From an uncultured Solirubrobacteraceae bacterium (lineage in GTDB: Bacteria > Actinomycetota > Thermoleophilia > Solirubrobacterales > Solirubrobacteraceae): a stretch of DNA of 64,000 nucleotides. The stretch covers positions 32,001 through 96,000 of the forward strand of contig CAZPQW010000005.1 in assembly GCA_964588985.1 (NCBI GenBank), written 5' to 3'. The notes beneath the pieces are model-generated. The model worked only from the letters and a program-made list of their open reading frames with translations. It searched no databases and had not been told where the DNA came from. A program made the translations under genes and the position numbers. This document shows positions 1 to 9,407 of this stretch, one piece after another; within the stretch, counting starts at the first letter, position 1, and each line of letters begins with the position of its first letter.

Positions 1-299
1 AGGAACGGCTCGGCGGTGAGCACCGCGTGCGCGAGACCTAGCGGCTCATCCTGGACGATGTAGGAGATGTGCACGCCGAAGCGGGAGCCGTCGCCCGCGG
101 CGGCTTCGATCTCGGGGCCGGTGTCGGGGGCGATGATGATGCCCACCTCCTCGATCCCCGCCTCGGCCATCGCCTCTATCCCATAGAACAGGACGGGCTT
201 GTTGGCCACGGGCACGAGCTGCTTGGCGCTCGTGTGGGTGATCGGGCGCAGTCGCGTGCCCTTGCCTCCGGAGAGGATCAGTCCCTTGAGTGGCTCCAT
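1..299 (-). CDS. Glucose-1-phosphate thymidylyltransferase (long form), N-terminal part; runs off the window start
   Basis: Manual translation from ATG at 299: MEPLKGLILSGGKGTRLRPITHTSAKQLVPVANKPVLFYGIE...YIVQDEPLGLAHAV, the GGxGTRLRPxT..KQL and QxEPLGLAHA nucleotidyltransferase signatures. Not in the ORF track because it is truncated. Confidence 0.9.
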   Translation of the reverse strand, partial: MEPLKGLILSGGKGTRLRPITHTSAKQLVPVANKPVLFYGIEAMAEAGIEEVGIIIAPDTGPEIEAAAGDGSRFGVHISYIVQDEPLGLAHAVLTAEPF

Positions 300-306
300 T
301 GCGCGA

Positions 307-549
307 TCACCCTAACGCTTCGGCGCGGAGCAGCAGCGCGCCGGGTCGCACGCCGAGCGCCTTCGCTAGCCTGACCAGCAGCACGTAGTCTGGATCGAGC
401 CGTCCGTCCTCGAGCGCCTGGATGCGACGCTTGCCGACACCCACTGTCGCTTCGAGCTCACTTTGGCTGAGCCCGCGCTGCTCTCGTAGCTCGCGAATCG
501 CTTGGCCGAGCCGGGCGAGCTCTTCAGCCTCCTGCGAGCTCTGGGACAA
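307..549 (-). CDS. XRE-family helix-turn-helix regulator (80 aa)
   Basis: LGQAIRELREQRGLSQSELEA..VGKRRIQALEDGRLDP...LVRLAKALGV: HTH_3 pattern; TTG start uncertain. Confidence 0.85.
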   Translation of the reverse strand: MSQSSQEAEELARLGQAIRELREQRGLSQSELEATVGVGKRRIQALEDGRLDPDYVLLVRLAKALGVRPGALLLRAEALG

Positions 550-648
550 AGAAAACCTCGCAAACTGGTCGTAGACAACTGTCTGCAGAGGTGGATACGC
601 CAGGAACGTCCTAACTCCTCCTAGACGCGATGCGTAAGGCTCCCGGCC

Positions 649-912
649 GTGCCACCCAAGAGGAAGTCCCAGCCACGCAGCCCGGAGCTCGATGCGCTGG
701 GCAAGGCGATCGAGCAGCGCATGGCCGAGAAGGGCCTGACGCAGAAGTCGCTGGCAGACGCCTCCGGCATCGACATCAGGCGCATAGGGGACTACGTCCG
801 AGGACAGTACAACCCAAACCTCGCCAACCTCAAGCGCCTATGCAAAGCCTTGGATCTCACCTCCCACGACCTGACGGAACGTGCAGGAAGGCTCGAAACG
901 CCCTCTGACTAG
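649..912 (+). CDS. XRE-family helix-turn-helix regulator (87 aa), paralog of the divergent gene
   Basis: LGKAIEQRMAEKGLTQKSLADASGIDIRRIGDYVRGQYNPNLANLKRLCKALDL: HTH_3 pattern. Confidence 0.85.
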   Translation: MPPKRKSQPRSPELDALGKAIEQRMAEKGLTQKSLADASGIDIRRIGDYVRGQYNPNLANLKRLCKALDLTSHDLTERAGRLETPSD

Positions 913-1412
913 TAGACCCCGCCGAGCTTGCGGTGATCCCAGCTCGCTCTACGCACCTCGACGAACTCGAGCGCGACGCGCTTCAGCGCCTGCTTGTCGA
1001 CCATCTCGCCGACCTCTGGCGGCAGGTTCTCCGCAGGAGGCTGCCCGCGTGGGGAGGCGTAGCGCGCGAAGATCTCGTGCCCGAGCGCTTTGACGACATC
1101 CGCGTCGCGGTGAACGCGCACCTCGCACTCGAGCATCACTCCGCGCAGCTCCTGGTACTGCTCGCCGGCCTCCACCTGCACCGTGGCGCGGGGGTCGCGC
1201 TCGAGATTGCGCACCTTCTGCGTGACGCCGTACGTCCACGACCACAGGCGCGGCCCGGGCTCGCCGGCGGGCGAGTCGCGCAGGACGTACCACAGCGGCA
1301 TCAGGTGGGGCCAGCCGCGCGGGCCCGCGGTGGCGCATGTGAGCGTGCGCTCCTCGGCCAGGAAGCCGCCAACCTCACCCTCGCTCATCCTGATCTGCTC
1401 CCGGCGGCTCAC
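909..1412 (-). CDS. Pyridoxamine 5'-phosphate oxidase-like / F420-dependent FDOR protein
   Basis: CATAGPRGWPHLMPLWY, QKVRNLERDPRATVQVEAGEQYQELRGVM, C-terminal SWDHRKLGG typical of actinobacterial FDORs. Confidence 0.85.
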   Translation of the reverse strand: MSRREQIRMSEGEVGGFLAEERTLTCATAGPRGWPHLMPLWYVLRDSPAGEPGPRLWSWTYGVTQKVRNLERDPRATVQVEAGEQYQELRGVMLECEVRVHRDADVVKALGHEIFARYASPRGQPPAENLPPEVGEMVDKQALKRVALEFVEVRRASWDHRKLGGVY

Positions 1413-1448
1413 GGCGGTGAGACTATCGACGAGCGGGCAAGGTCGGCT

Positions 1449-3632
1449 TCAGGCCGCCGCGGGCGCGGAGTTGGCCTCGCGCAGGCGCGTGACCGCACAA
1501 CGGACCGCCTCACGGGCGTCCTCGGGCTCGAGCACCGCGGCGTCGCCCGCTTCCTTGAGGATCTCGCGTACGAGCCAGTCCACACCGGCGAAGCTCAGCT
1601 CGACGACCACCGACCCGTCGCTCCACTCCTCGACCACGCGCCTGGCCTCGCGCGCCCAGCGCGCGCGCTCGGGCGACACCCACACGCGGGCGCTGCGCGA
1701 CGCGGGCACCTCGCCGGTGCGCAGCCAACCGTCGACCTCGCCCGCCGGATCGACCTCGGGGCGCGGCTCGAACTTCTCGTCGGTGACGTGCACGCGCTTG
1801 ATGCGGTCCAGCCGGAAGTGGCGAACGCCTTCGCGCTCGGGGTCGAACGAGGCCACGTACCAGCCCTCGCGTCCGTTGGTGAGCGCGTAGGGCTCGACTC
1901 TGCGCGGCGAGAGCTCGTCCTCGTTCTCCTTGTAGTAGTCGAGCTCGATCATGCGCCTCTGCACGATCGCCTTGGAGACCTTGCGCGCGACGTCAGAGTC
2001 GTCGCCCGCGGTGGCGGCGACCTGCAGACCCTGCTCCATCGGGTCCTCGCCGAGGGCGGCGACGATCTTCTTGCGCGCGGAGGTGAGCGAGCCCTCGGGG
2101 ATGTGCTCGCCGATCAGGTCGATCGCCGCGACGAGCGCCTTCGCCTCGACGGGCAGCAGTCGCGCGGGCCGGTCGAAGTTGTCGCTGTAGGGCTCGGGGT
2201 CGACCTCGATCTCGCCGGTGTCCTCCTTGATCTCCGCGTACAGCACGTAGGAGCCGCCGCCGAAGTTGACGACATTGAGCACGTTGACGTCCTCGCGAAG
2301 CTCCTCGTCGCTGATCTGCAGGCGCTCGCAGATCTCCTTCATCACGACCCGCTCGCCCTCACGCCCGGCCTTGATGAGGATCGAGGCGAGCGTTACGAGC
2401 CGCGCGAAGCGCTCGGGACGGATCGCGGCCTCGGGGCGCGCGGAGCCACCCTCGCCGTCGGCCCCGCTTGACTCGCCTCTGCGCGCAGTACGGGAGCGCG
2501 CGGAGCCGGTGATCCGTCCCGTGCCCGCGGCGGCGACGGGCGCGGCTGGCTTGCTGGCGCGCGGCGGGACAGGCGCGGCGTCGCCGTGGCGCTCCTCGAG
2601 CAGCTCCAGGCGGCGCTGGAACTCAGCGACGAGCTCCTCCGGGCCGAGCAGCTGCGCGTTGGACCCCAGCCCGAGCAGCCACGAGACGATCGAGCGTGGG
2701 CTGGAGTAGCCGGTGAGGAAGATCCTGTCACCGTCCTCGACCGCGGCGGCGGCGGTCGATCCACCGTCGCCCTCGGTGGCGGGGTCGCGGATCTCGCCGT
2801 AGCGGCCGAAGTGGCGCTCCACCTGCCAGGCGATGCGCTCGGAGATGAGCATGCGCGCGACGCCGCGCTCCTCTCCGAGCTGCCAGTCGGCGCGGTTGGC
2901 GTAGGCGCGCGGGTCGAAGTCGGCGGGGCGGTGGAAGTCGTGCTCGGCCTTGGTCGCGTAGGAGACCTTGCCGCGGATGCGCGTGAGGCGAAACACGCGA
3001 ATCGCGTCGCGCTCGTGCGAGTGGCCGAGCAGGTAGAACTGGCCGCCCTGGAAGAGCAGGTGGTAGGGGTCGACGCGGCGAGTCGATACCTCGTCGCGCT
3101 CCATCGTGTAGTAGTCGAACACAATCGTCTTGTTGCGGAAGATCGCGGTCTCGACCTTCGCGAGGCGCGCGGAGAGCTCGTGGCCGCCGGCGGAGGCGGT
3201 GATGCCGAGTGCGACGGAGCGCTGCTCGGGGGCGCGCAGCGGACTGGGGCGACCCCAGGTGATCTGCTGGAGCGCGAGGCGCAGCGGCTCGGCGTAGGCG
3301 AATTCGCCGTCGAGCAGCGTGAGCGCGGTCTGCAACGCGGCCAGCTCCTTGTCGGTGAACTCGATCGCCGGCAGGTGGAAGTTCTCGGGACGCAGCGAGT
3401 AGTTCTCCTGCTCGGCGGCGCCGTCGGCTGGGCGCTCGACGGTCAGCTGGATGCGCAGCGATTCCAGCTCGGAGCGGTCCGCGTAGAAGCGCCGCGCGAA
3501 CGCGTCCTCGTTCATGCCGCTGTAGCCCTCCACGTCGCGTCTGATCTCCAGGGCCGTAACGGGCCGACGCTCGGCCATCAGGTAGGAGATCAGCGACAGT
3601 TGGCGGATCAGCTTCTCGGTGTCCTTTGCCAT
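1449..3632 (-). CDS. Fused PafBC-like double HTH-WYL-WCX transcriptional regulator
   Basis: N-half PafB-like (RRFYADRSELESL, RRVDPYHL...FYLLGHSHERDAIRVFRLTRI); C-half PafC-like (RPARLLPVEAKAL, RRVEPYAL...WYVASFDPEREGVRHFRLDRI, AAVLEP). ATG 3632 chosen because TATCTT lies 8 nt upstream (leaderless). Confidence 0.85.
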   Translation of the reverse strand: MAKDTEKLIRQLSLISYLMAERRPVTALEIRRDVEGYSGMNEDAFARRFYADRSELESLRIQLTVERPADGAAEQENYSLRPENFHLPAIEFTDKELAALQTALTLLDGEFAYAEPLRLALQQITWGRPSPLRAPEQRSVALGITASAGGHELSARLAKVETAIFRNKTIVFDYYTMERDEVSTRRVDPYHLLFQGGQFYLLGHSHERDAIRVFRLTRIRGKVSYATKAEHDFHRPADFDPRAYANRADWQLGEERGVARMLISERIAWQVERHFGRYGEIRDPATEGDGGSTAAAAVEDGDRIFLTGYSSPRSIVSWLLGLGSNAQLLGPEELVAEFQRRLELLEERHGDAAPVPPRASKPAAPVAAAGTGRITGSARSRTARRGESSGADGEGGSARPEAAIRPERFARLVTLASILIKAGREGERVVMKEICERLQISDEELREDVNVLNVVNFGGGSYVLYAEIKEDTGEIEVDPEPYSDNFDRPARLLPVEAKALVAAIDLIGEHIPEGSLTSARKKIVAALGEDPMEQGLQVAATAGDDSDVARKVSKAIVQRRMIELDYYKENEDELSPRRVEPYALTNGREGWYVASFDPEREGVRHFRLDRIKRVHVTDEKFEPRPEVDPAGEVDGWLRTGEVPASRSARVWVSPERARWAREARRVVEEWSDGSVVVELSFAGVDWLVREILKEAGDAAVLEPEDAREAVRCAVTRLREANSAPAAA

Positions 3633-3692
3633 CCGCACCAAAGATAGAAGCCAGCGGCGGGGCGGGTACAGAACGGTCGAACTGACGCCCCG

Positions 3693-6600
3693 CTATTTGC
3701 GGGGTTTGGGGCGGTGGGGCTTCGGCTTGGGCTTGCTGCAGCCGGTCACGGTCAGCTTGGTCGTCCTGGTGATCACCGCGTTGTTCTGCCCCGTGATGCT
3801 CGCGGGCATCGCCAGCTTCTGCCCGCAGAGGCTGTACTTGGCCCGCGCGGGGAGGTAGGTCGCGAGGATCGAGTGCGGTCCCTGCGGGAACGTCGCCGTG
3901 AAGCTCGTGAACGGCGCGTCCGGGACCGCTCTGAAGGTCTCGGAGGTGATCCCGTGCTTGATGTTGGTGTTGCCGTCCAGCTCGATCGTGATTCCTTCCG
4001 CCTGGAGCACGAACACGAGGTCCGGGAACGCAGCCCCGCCGTGCGAGACGAGGTAGATCGGGCCCGTCATCGCGCTCTTCAGGATCGGGGTGTGCAGCAC
4101 GGCGCTCCCCACGACAGAGGCTGCCGGGCAGCCGGCTGGGTTCGCGTTGAACACCGTGTCGATGCACGCTTTCTGAAGGGTCGCGAGCCGCGAGGGCAGC
4201 TGCTTTGGAACGTCGACCTTGACCTTCTCGATGTTCGCCTGGCCAGAGGTGGCGGTGAACGTCACCGACAGCCCGGCGCCGTTCTTTTTGCTGGCCTTTC
4301 CGGGTGTCGAGACCTTCAACACGGGGCTGAAGCCTAGGCCCGCGCATCCGGTCACCGCGAAGGGCGTGGAGAGGGCGGCCGTGGCGCCTCGGTCGCCCGT
4401 CGCGACGCCTTTGACCTCCTGCTGAGAGCAGTTCGTGGGGTTCAACACGAAGTGTTCCTTGTCGATCGTGACGTTGAGTGCTTTTAGACGCAACGGCACG
4501 CCCAGCCTGGACTGGGGGATGGGGTCGCTCGTGATCGTCACCGCTGCCGTCGACGGGTTCACGTTGATCGTCGCGCGTACAACTATGTTGCCGAGGTTGA
4601 ATGGGCCGGCGACTGCCGGGGTGACCACGTCTAGGCCGAATGGGGCGCCCTTGTACGGGCCGGTCAGATAGACCCGGCCGCTGACGTAGAACGGTTCTGA
4701 GCCCGAGCCGGCTCCGGCTGTGTCGTGCCCTATCAGGCTGGAACCTGGGCATTCTCCAGTCGCAGCCTGTGACTCCGGGCACGGCGTGACGTTCGAGAGC
4801 ATCGCGAGCAGCCCCAGCGGAGGGGTGACGGACAAGCCCGTCACGTTCTGTTCGCGGTCTTGGCGGGTCAGGGTTGTTGTAAACGACGTCGATCCAGCGG
4901 CAGCGGTTGAAACGCTGCCGCTAGTAAAGCCCGGAGTGAATGGCCATCGGGTAGGACATATGCCGCCAGCGCCGTCCGCGTCAACGGTGAATGCGGTCGG
5001 TGTGGGCGCGAACGGTTCGCTGCTACTCCATGACGTAAAGCTCGCCGTCGACGTGGCCACGCCGCATACTTGCGGGGTCGCGAGAACCGCTCGCTGCCCG
5101 CCATGGACTCTCAGCTTCAGTTCGCTGAAGGGAAAGTCGGATGCTTCGTTGAGATGAACCGTGACACGCCCGGTAATCTGATCAACTGAAATGCTTGTAG
5201 GTTCCTTGATCAGCACCCCGTTGCCGGAGAGTTCAACAAAGCCAGCAAACAGCATACCATCATCGGCGTCCCCTGCAGTGCATTCAGGTTGATCCTGCCC
5301 TCCGCATCTCGGTTGCGCGAGATACACGTGGCCCTGCAGCGGAGCGGGCGATTCCCCTACGTCGCACGCTGGCAAAGGCTCTTCACCGCACCGGTTTTCC
5401 AAAAGCGGAGTGAACACTTCGACTGATCCAATCGTAGAGGCCGCAGGACAGTGCCCCGGGGCGGTGTGGTACTGGTTGTCGTCGTAAAGGCTGCTATTCC
5501 CCCCAGCGTGCCCCGCCCCCAGTTCGGTGGCTTCGGGATTTCCTTCGTCTCTACCACCAGGACCAATGCTGTTTGTCCCGAGATTAATCCCTTCCGAACC
5601 GCGTTCTCGGCAGCCCTCCAGCCCCTGGGCTGCAGCGGGAGAGATAGACACGCCAGCCGGCAGGGTCGCCGAGATGTCCCTCATCTCCGGCACCGCGACT
5701 TCTTCAAACGCCGTGGTCTGCGGCACGCTCACCGTCCCTTGAAAGCCTGACGGCGCATCCGCCCGCGTGGCGCCTTCAACCCCCGTCAGCGGCGAAAACG
5801 ATAGAGATGGCGTAAATGCCGCCTGCAGCGCTGTGCAGCCCGATATCCGGTGAAACGGTGTGGTCGCTTGAGTCTTCACTTGCCCCGGGCTTTCCCACGT
5901 TTCTACTTCAACCCGCGCTTCATCCGACGCGGCGGAGCAATCCACCGGATCGGTGATCAGCGCAGCAGACGAACCGGTTTCGTCAAACACCCCAGGCTCG
6001 CCCCACAATGTCAACATCACATCCCCCGTCTCCAGCACCGGCGGGACACCTACAGTCGTCAGCCGCACTCTGTTACCTGAAGCCGAATGCACGACCGTCG
6101 CGTACAAATACACCGTCTGCGACGCGAATGTAAAGCCGAGCACAGCCGGATATCCCGGCTCGCTCACCACGTTGAAAACCGGCGACGGATTTCCCTGCGT
6201 CGTTGTGTGATAGTCAGCCGTTTCGAATTTCCCTGCCGCTATCGCAAGCGTTCCCACTCGACTCCCCCTCGGGCACTGGCCATGGAACAACTGCACCTGT
6301 GTACATCGTTCGGTGCTCAACAAGTTCCCGACCATCCCGATCGGAAGTTCCACTGAGATTTTCTTGACATTTTCAACCTGCATAAAGCGCACGTGTTGGG
6401 GGTTCGCCGGCTCATACATCCACGGGAACGCAAGACTCGTCGTGACCTGCCATGGGTGACCGCCAGCCTGCTGTTCGGGTTCCCCCTTTGCGTTGTTCAC
6501 TTCCATGCTAAATTCCGTAATCTCAAAGCTCTGTGGCCCCGTTCCCACTGGCGTACTCTGGCTCGTGGTTGCGCCTCCGCTCGCGCCCCCACCGGTCACG

Positions 6601-7091
6601 GTTACGCTGTTGATCAACGAGATCGCTGATTCGCTTGGAGCGGATACTTCAATCGCCAGCGACGGCGCATACCCATTCGCGCCAGCCGAATATTCTTCTT
6701 CTTCTTCGCTGACCGCTCCCAAGCTTTCGTTCAGCGTGCACACTACGAGCGCCGCTTCGACTTCAGCACAGCTCCACTGCCCTCCCTCGTGTCCTCCTTG
6801 ACCTTCAAAGCCAGTCATCGTCAAACCTTTCGGCAGATGATCTGTCAACGTGACTTCACCTGAAGAAGGTCCACTACCAGTGTTGCTAACGATGATCTGA
6901 TAGCGATTTCCAGATGATGGAAGAAACTGTGAAGGCTGCGCTACCCCGCGCACACTCCAAGCAACAGCCCCAAGCCCGACCGCCGGAATCACTAGAAAGC
7001 CTGTCAGCAGCAATAGCACCGCGCCAGCACCCAAGCCCACACGCCGCACCAAACCGCCATCGCTTACGCTCGTCGTGCTCATCCAGATCAC
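3693..7091 (-). CDS. Large secreted multidomain beta-rich protein (DUF11-like N-terminal domain, Cys pairs, basic C-terminal tail), function unknown
   Basis: N-terminal hydrophobic signal; YQIIVSNTGSGPSSGEVTLTDHLPKGL resembles DUF11; repeated CP..S.VG modules and PT/VxC motifs; ends KPKPKPHRPKPRK; start overlaps upstream stop (GTGA). Confidence 0.75.
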   Translation of the reverse strand: MIWMSTTSVSDGGLVRRVGLGAGAVLLLLTGFLVIPAVGLGAVAWSVRGVAQPSQFLPSSGNRYQIIVSNTGSGPSSGEVTLTDHLPKGLTMTGFEGQGGHEGGQWSCAEVEAALVVCTLNESLGAVSEEEEEYSAGANGYAPSLAIEVSAPSESAISLINSVTVTGGGASGGATTSQSTPVGTGPQSFEITEFSMEVNNAKGEPEQQAGGHPWQVTTSLAFPWMYEPANPQHVRFMQVENVKKISVELPIGMVGNLLSTERCTQVQLFHGQCPRGSRVGTLAIAAGKFETADYHTTTQGNPSPVFNVVSEPGYPAVLGFTFASQTVYLYATVVHSASGNRVRLTTVGVPPVLETGDVMLTLWGEPGVFDETGSSAALITDPVDCSAASDEARVEVETWESPGQVKTQATTPFHRISGCTALQAAFTPSLSFSPLTGVEGATRADAPSGFQGTVSVPQTTAFEEVAVPEMRDISATLPAGVSISPAAAQGLEGCRERGSEGINLGTNSIGPGGRDEGNPEATELGAGHAGGNSSLYDDNQYHTAPGHCPAASTIGSVEVFTPLLENRCGEEPLPACDVGESPAPLQGHVYLAQPRCGGQDQPECTAGDADDGMLFAGFVELSGNGVLIKEPTSISVDQITGRVTVHLNEASDFPFSELKLRVHGGQRAVLATPQVCGVATSTASFTSWSSSEPFAPTPTAFTVDADGAGGICPTRWPFTPGFTSGSVSTAAAGSTSFTTTLTRQDREQNVTGLSVTPPLGLLAMLSNVTPCPESQAATGECPGSSLIGHDTAGAGSGSEPFYVSGRVYLTGPYKGAPFGLDVVTPAVAGPFNLGNIVVRATINVNPSTAAVTITSDPIPQSRLGVPLRLKALNVTIDKEHFVLNPTNCSQQEVKGVATGDRGATAALSTPFAVTGCAGLGFSPVLKVSTPGKASKKNGAGLSVTFTATSGQANIEKVKVDVPKQLPSRLATLQKACIDTVFNANPAGCPAASVVGSAVLHTPILKSAMTGPIYLVSHGGAAFPDLVFVLQAEGITIELDGNTNIKHGITSETFRAVPDAPFTSFTATFPQGPHSILATYLPARAKYSLCGQKLAMPASITGQNNAVITRTTKLTVTGCSKPKPKPHRPKPRK

Positions 7092-9310
7092 CCATTGCCC
7101 TTTGCCTTGACACTGCCAAACCGTTTCCTCACCACCGCTTCACACACCCGGCGCTTCCGACCCAATCCATGAGCCCTTCTACATGCGCGCAACGCTTTCG
7201 TGAGCCTTTCGCCCCCCAACACGCTCCGAGACCGTGATCGCGGTGACATACCGGCCACGGCCGACGGCACGTTGCCGCCTCCCGATACCTGCATACTTTC
7301 GGGGGCGCCCAAGATCGCGGCAGGACTAGCTGTCCCCTGGCATGACAATTCCTTTTCACAATCGCTGACGACACCCAACGCCGGGAACCCGCCATCATCG
7401 CGCGCGTCATATATATCTTCCTGCGTATCGCGATCAGACAGGACCATCGGCGCCTGCGTCAGGAAGAATACATCTTCGCCCAAAGCGTCTGTTCCCCATG
7501 CCGTAGCTTCGAACTGGCCACTACCACCTGAGACCCAGAAGACTTCTCCATTTGACAGCACTCCCCCACTGCTGCGGTACTCATACACGCTCGGCTGCCC
7601 CGCTTCACCCACCGCCTTTGCGGCTTTGGTCAATCCGCCGGTGCTCTCGAACACCACCACTGACCCGTTGTTCGATATCGCTAGACGAATCGTAGCGCTC
7701 TTCACCCGTTGTGCTCGAGTGTAACCTAGCGGCGCCGTGATAGTCCCACCGCTTGCATCAGCGCTTTCCATACCGGCAACATAATTTGCTTCACCGACAG
7801 AAATCCGCACCAGTTCTTCCCGAGCAGAGTCATACTCGTACACCTGTTTTGCACCGCTGCTGCCATCGTTTGTCAAGTCAGCCAGGCTCTGGAACACCAC
7901 GAACCGCCCATCCGGAGTTGTCTGCACCGGACGCACGTCTTTGCCTTGCCAGTCCTGCTGATCTTCTTCTGACAGTGTTGCCACGAACGATACATGCCCG
8001 GTTGGCTGGGTTGCGTCGCGCTCGAAGACATACAAGTTCTCGCCACCTGCAGATGGTTCCCCGCCTTCTGCGTTTGGCCCCGCAGTCAAAGCCCCCTTCG
8101 CCACGAAGTACACATGCGAGCCATCCTCAGACACTCGCGCCACGCCCTGGACTTCGGGATCACCTGAGCCCACTGACACCCGTATCAGCTTATGACCAGG
8201 CCGATCATGAACATCATACTCATACAAGTTGGCGCCCGTGGCCCCTTTGAACAATTCCTGAGTTGTCAAGAACAACGCTTTTGAACCATCCTGTGACGCA
8301 CCCATAAATTCGGCCGCCGCCCGTTCCCCTGTTATCTGGCAAGCTTCACAGTCCGCGCTGCTGGGCTCAGAGATCGCGACGGTATGCGTCTGCCCCACTC
8401 GTGCGTACACTTCATTCACTTCCGGCGCATGTACGGTTTCACATTCATTTCGGCTGAGCGCGGTGAAATACACCGTTTCGCCATTCGCAGAGACGGCGTT
8501 ATAGGTATCCGCGTCGTGGCCCCCTGGCGAGATATCCGAACCCAACGACGTGCCGCAGTCGCTGATTAGTCGCCCTCCATCGTCAACACCTACCAGCAGC
8601 GGCTGTCTGTTTTCCGTTCCCACATACTCGTACAGCGAAAGCTGTCCGTTATTATGAAGAGTCGTATCATAAGGCCACAGTGGCCCTTCTCCTCTGATCT
8701 GAAAGAACACGTGTGATAGATCACTAGACGCCCCAGTATAGAGAACTTCGCTGAAGTCGCCGAAGACCTGTGATCCGCCCGCTGGTGGACCTTCGGTTGC
8801 AGAAGGCGGCAACATCGAGCCCACCTTTACGAATGATCCGTTCGGTTCACGTACCGCTAGATCCTCGGCTGCAACGGCCTGCGAAGCTTGCCGTACGGCC
8901 CACAACCCCTTGTTGAGATTTGGATTGAAGTCCAGAAATTCTTGCGCCGGATACACTTGGGAGGGAGGGCTAATTGCAGATGTCTTCCATCCCGTACTGG
9001 ACCAAACCGAGTGGTAGATCGTCTCTGCAAATTCGCCATAGCCTTCAGCGCCAGCAAAGACCGCGATTGAAGTGCCGACTATCTGAGACCCATCGCTTGA
9101 GATAGCTTCGGGCACCACGCGGGCGCCCGCCTTGAAGCCGGGCGTCACCCGCTCGTAGCCACCGCAACCAGGAAGGTATCGACTAAATCCCACAAAGCCA
9201 TAGTTTGGACAACTGGCCTTGCTTTGAGCGACCGTGAGGCTCATGAGAAGAAGCGCGCACAGCAAGCACGCCATTGCATCCTTACGACGCACTATGAGTT
9301 TGGCTGGCAT
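7088..9310 (-). CDS. Secreted TolB/WD40-like beta-propeller protein with basic Cys-containing C-terminal helix pair
   Basis: Repeated blades ISSDGSQI, ASSDLSHVFF, VSANGETVYF, ASQDGSKALF, VSEDGSHVYF, TTPDGRFVVF, ISNNGSVVVF; signal peptide; ATG 9310 preceded by AGAGAGG. Confidence 0.8.
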   Translation of the reverse strand: MPAKLIVRRKDAMACLLCALLLMSLTVAQSKASCPNYGFVGFSRYLPGCGGYERVTPGFKAGARVVPEAISSDGSQIVGTSIAVFAGAEGYGEFAETIYHSVWSSTGWKTSAISPPSQVYPAQEFLDFNPNLNKGLWAVRQASQAVAAEDLAVREPNGSFVKVGSMLPPSATEGPPAGGSQVFGDFSEVLYTGASSDLSHVFFQIRGEGPLWPYDTTLHNNGQLSLYEYVGTENRQPLLVGVDDGGRLISDCGTSLGSDISPGGHDADTYNAVSANGETVYFTALSRNECETVHAPEVNEVYARVGQTHTVAISEPSSADCEACQITGERAAAEFMGASQDGSKALFLTTQELFKGATGANLYEYDVHDRPGHKLIRVSVGSGDPEVQGVARVSEDGSHVYFVAKGALTAGPNAEGGEPSAGGENLYVFERDATQPTGHVSFVATLSEEDQQDWQGKDVRPVQTTPDGRFVVFQSLADLTNDGSSGAKQVYEYDSAREELVRISVGEANYVAGMESADASGGTITAPLGYTRAQRVKSATIRLAISNNGSVVVFESTGGLTKAAKAVGEAGQPSVYEYRSSGGVLSNGEVFWVSGGSGQFEATAWGTDALGEDVFFLTQAPMVLSDRDTQEDIYDARDDGGFPALGVVSDCEKELSCQGTASPAAILGAPESMQVSGGGNVPSAVAGMSPRSRSRSVLGGERLTKALRACRRAHGLGRKRRVCEAVVRKRFGSVKAKGNG

Positions 9311-9351
9311 TGTGACCTCTCTTTGAGCATAAGGCAATGAGCCGTATAGCG

Positions 9352-9384
9352 GTGCAGGGCTGCGGAACCACCACAGCCCTGCAC
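9352..9384 (-). terminator. Intercistronic 11-bp stem-loop (attenuator / mRNA stabiliser)
   Basis: GTGCAGGGCTG-N11-CAGCCCTGCAC perfect inverted repeat between the small secreted gene and the beta-propeller gene; no strong U-tract. Confidence 0.65.
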
Positions 9385-9407
9385 GAGTTGGAAGCTATTG
9401 AGATACC

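Noticed and set aside
307-912. Prophage immunity region
   Set aside because: No integrase, structural or replication genes adjacent, and no peptidase domain on either repressor.
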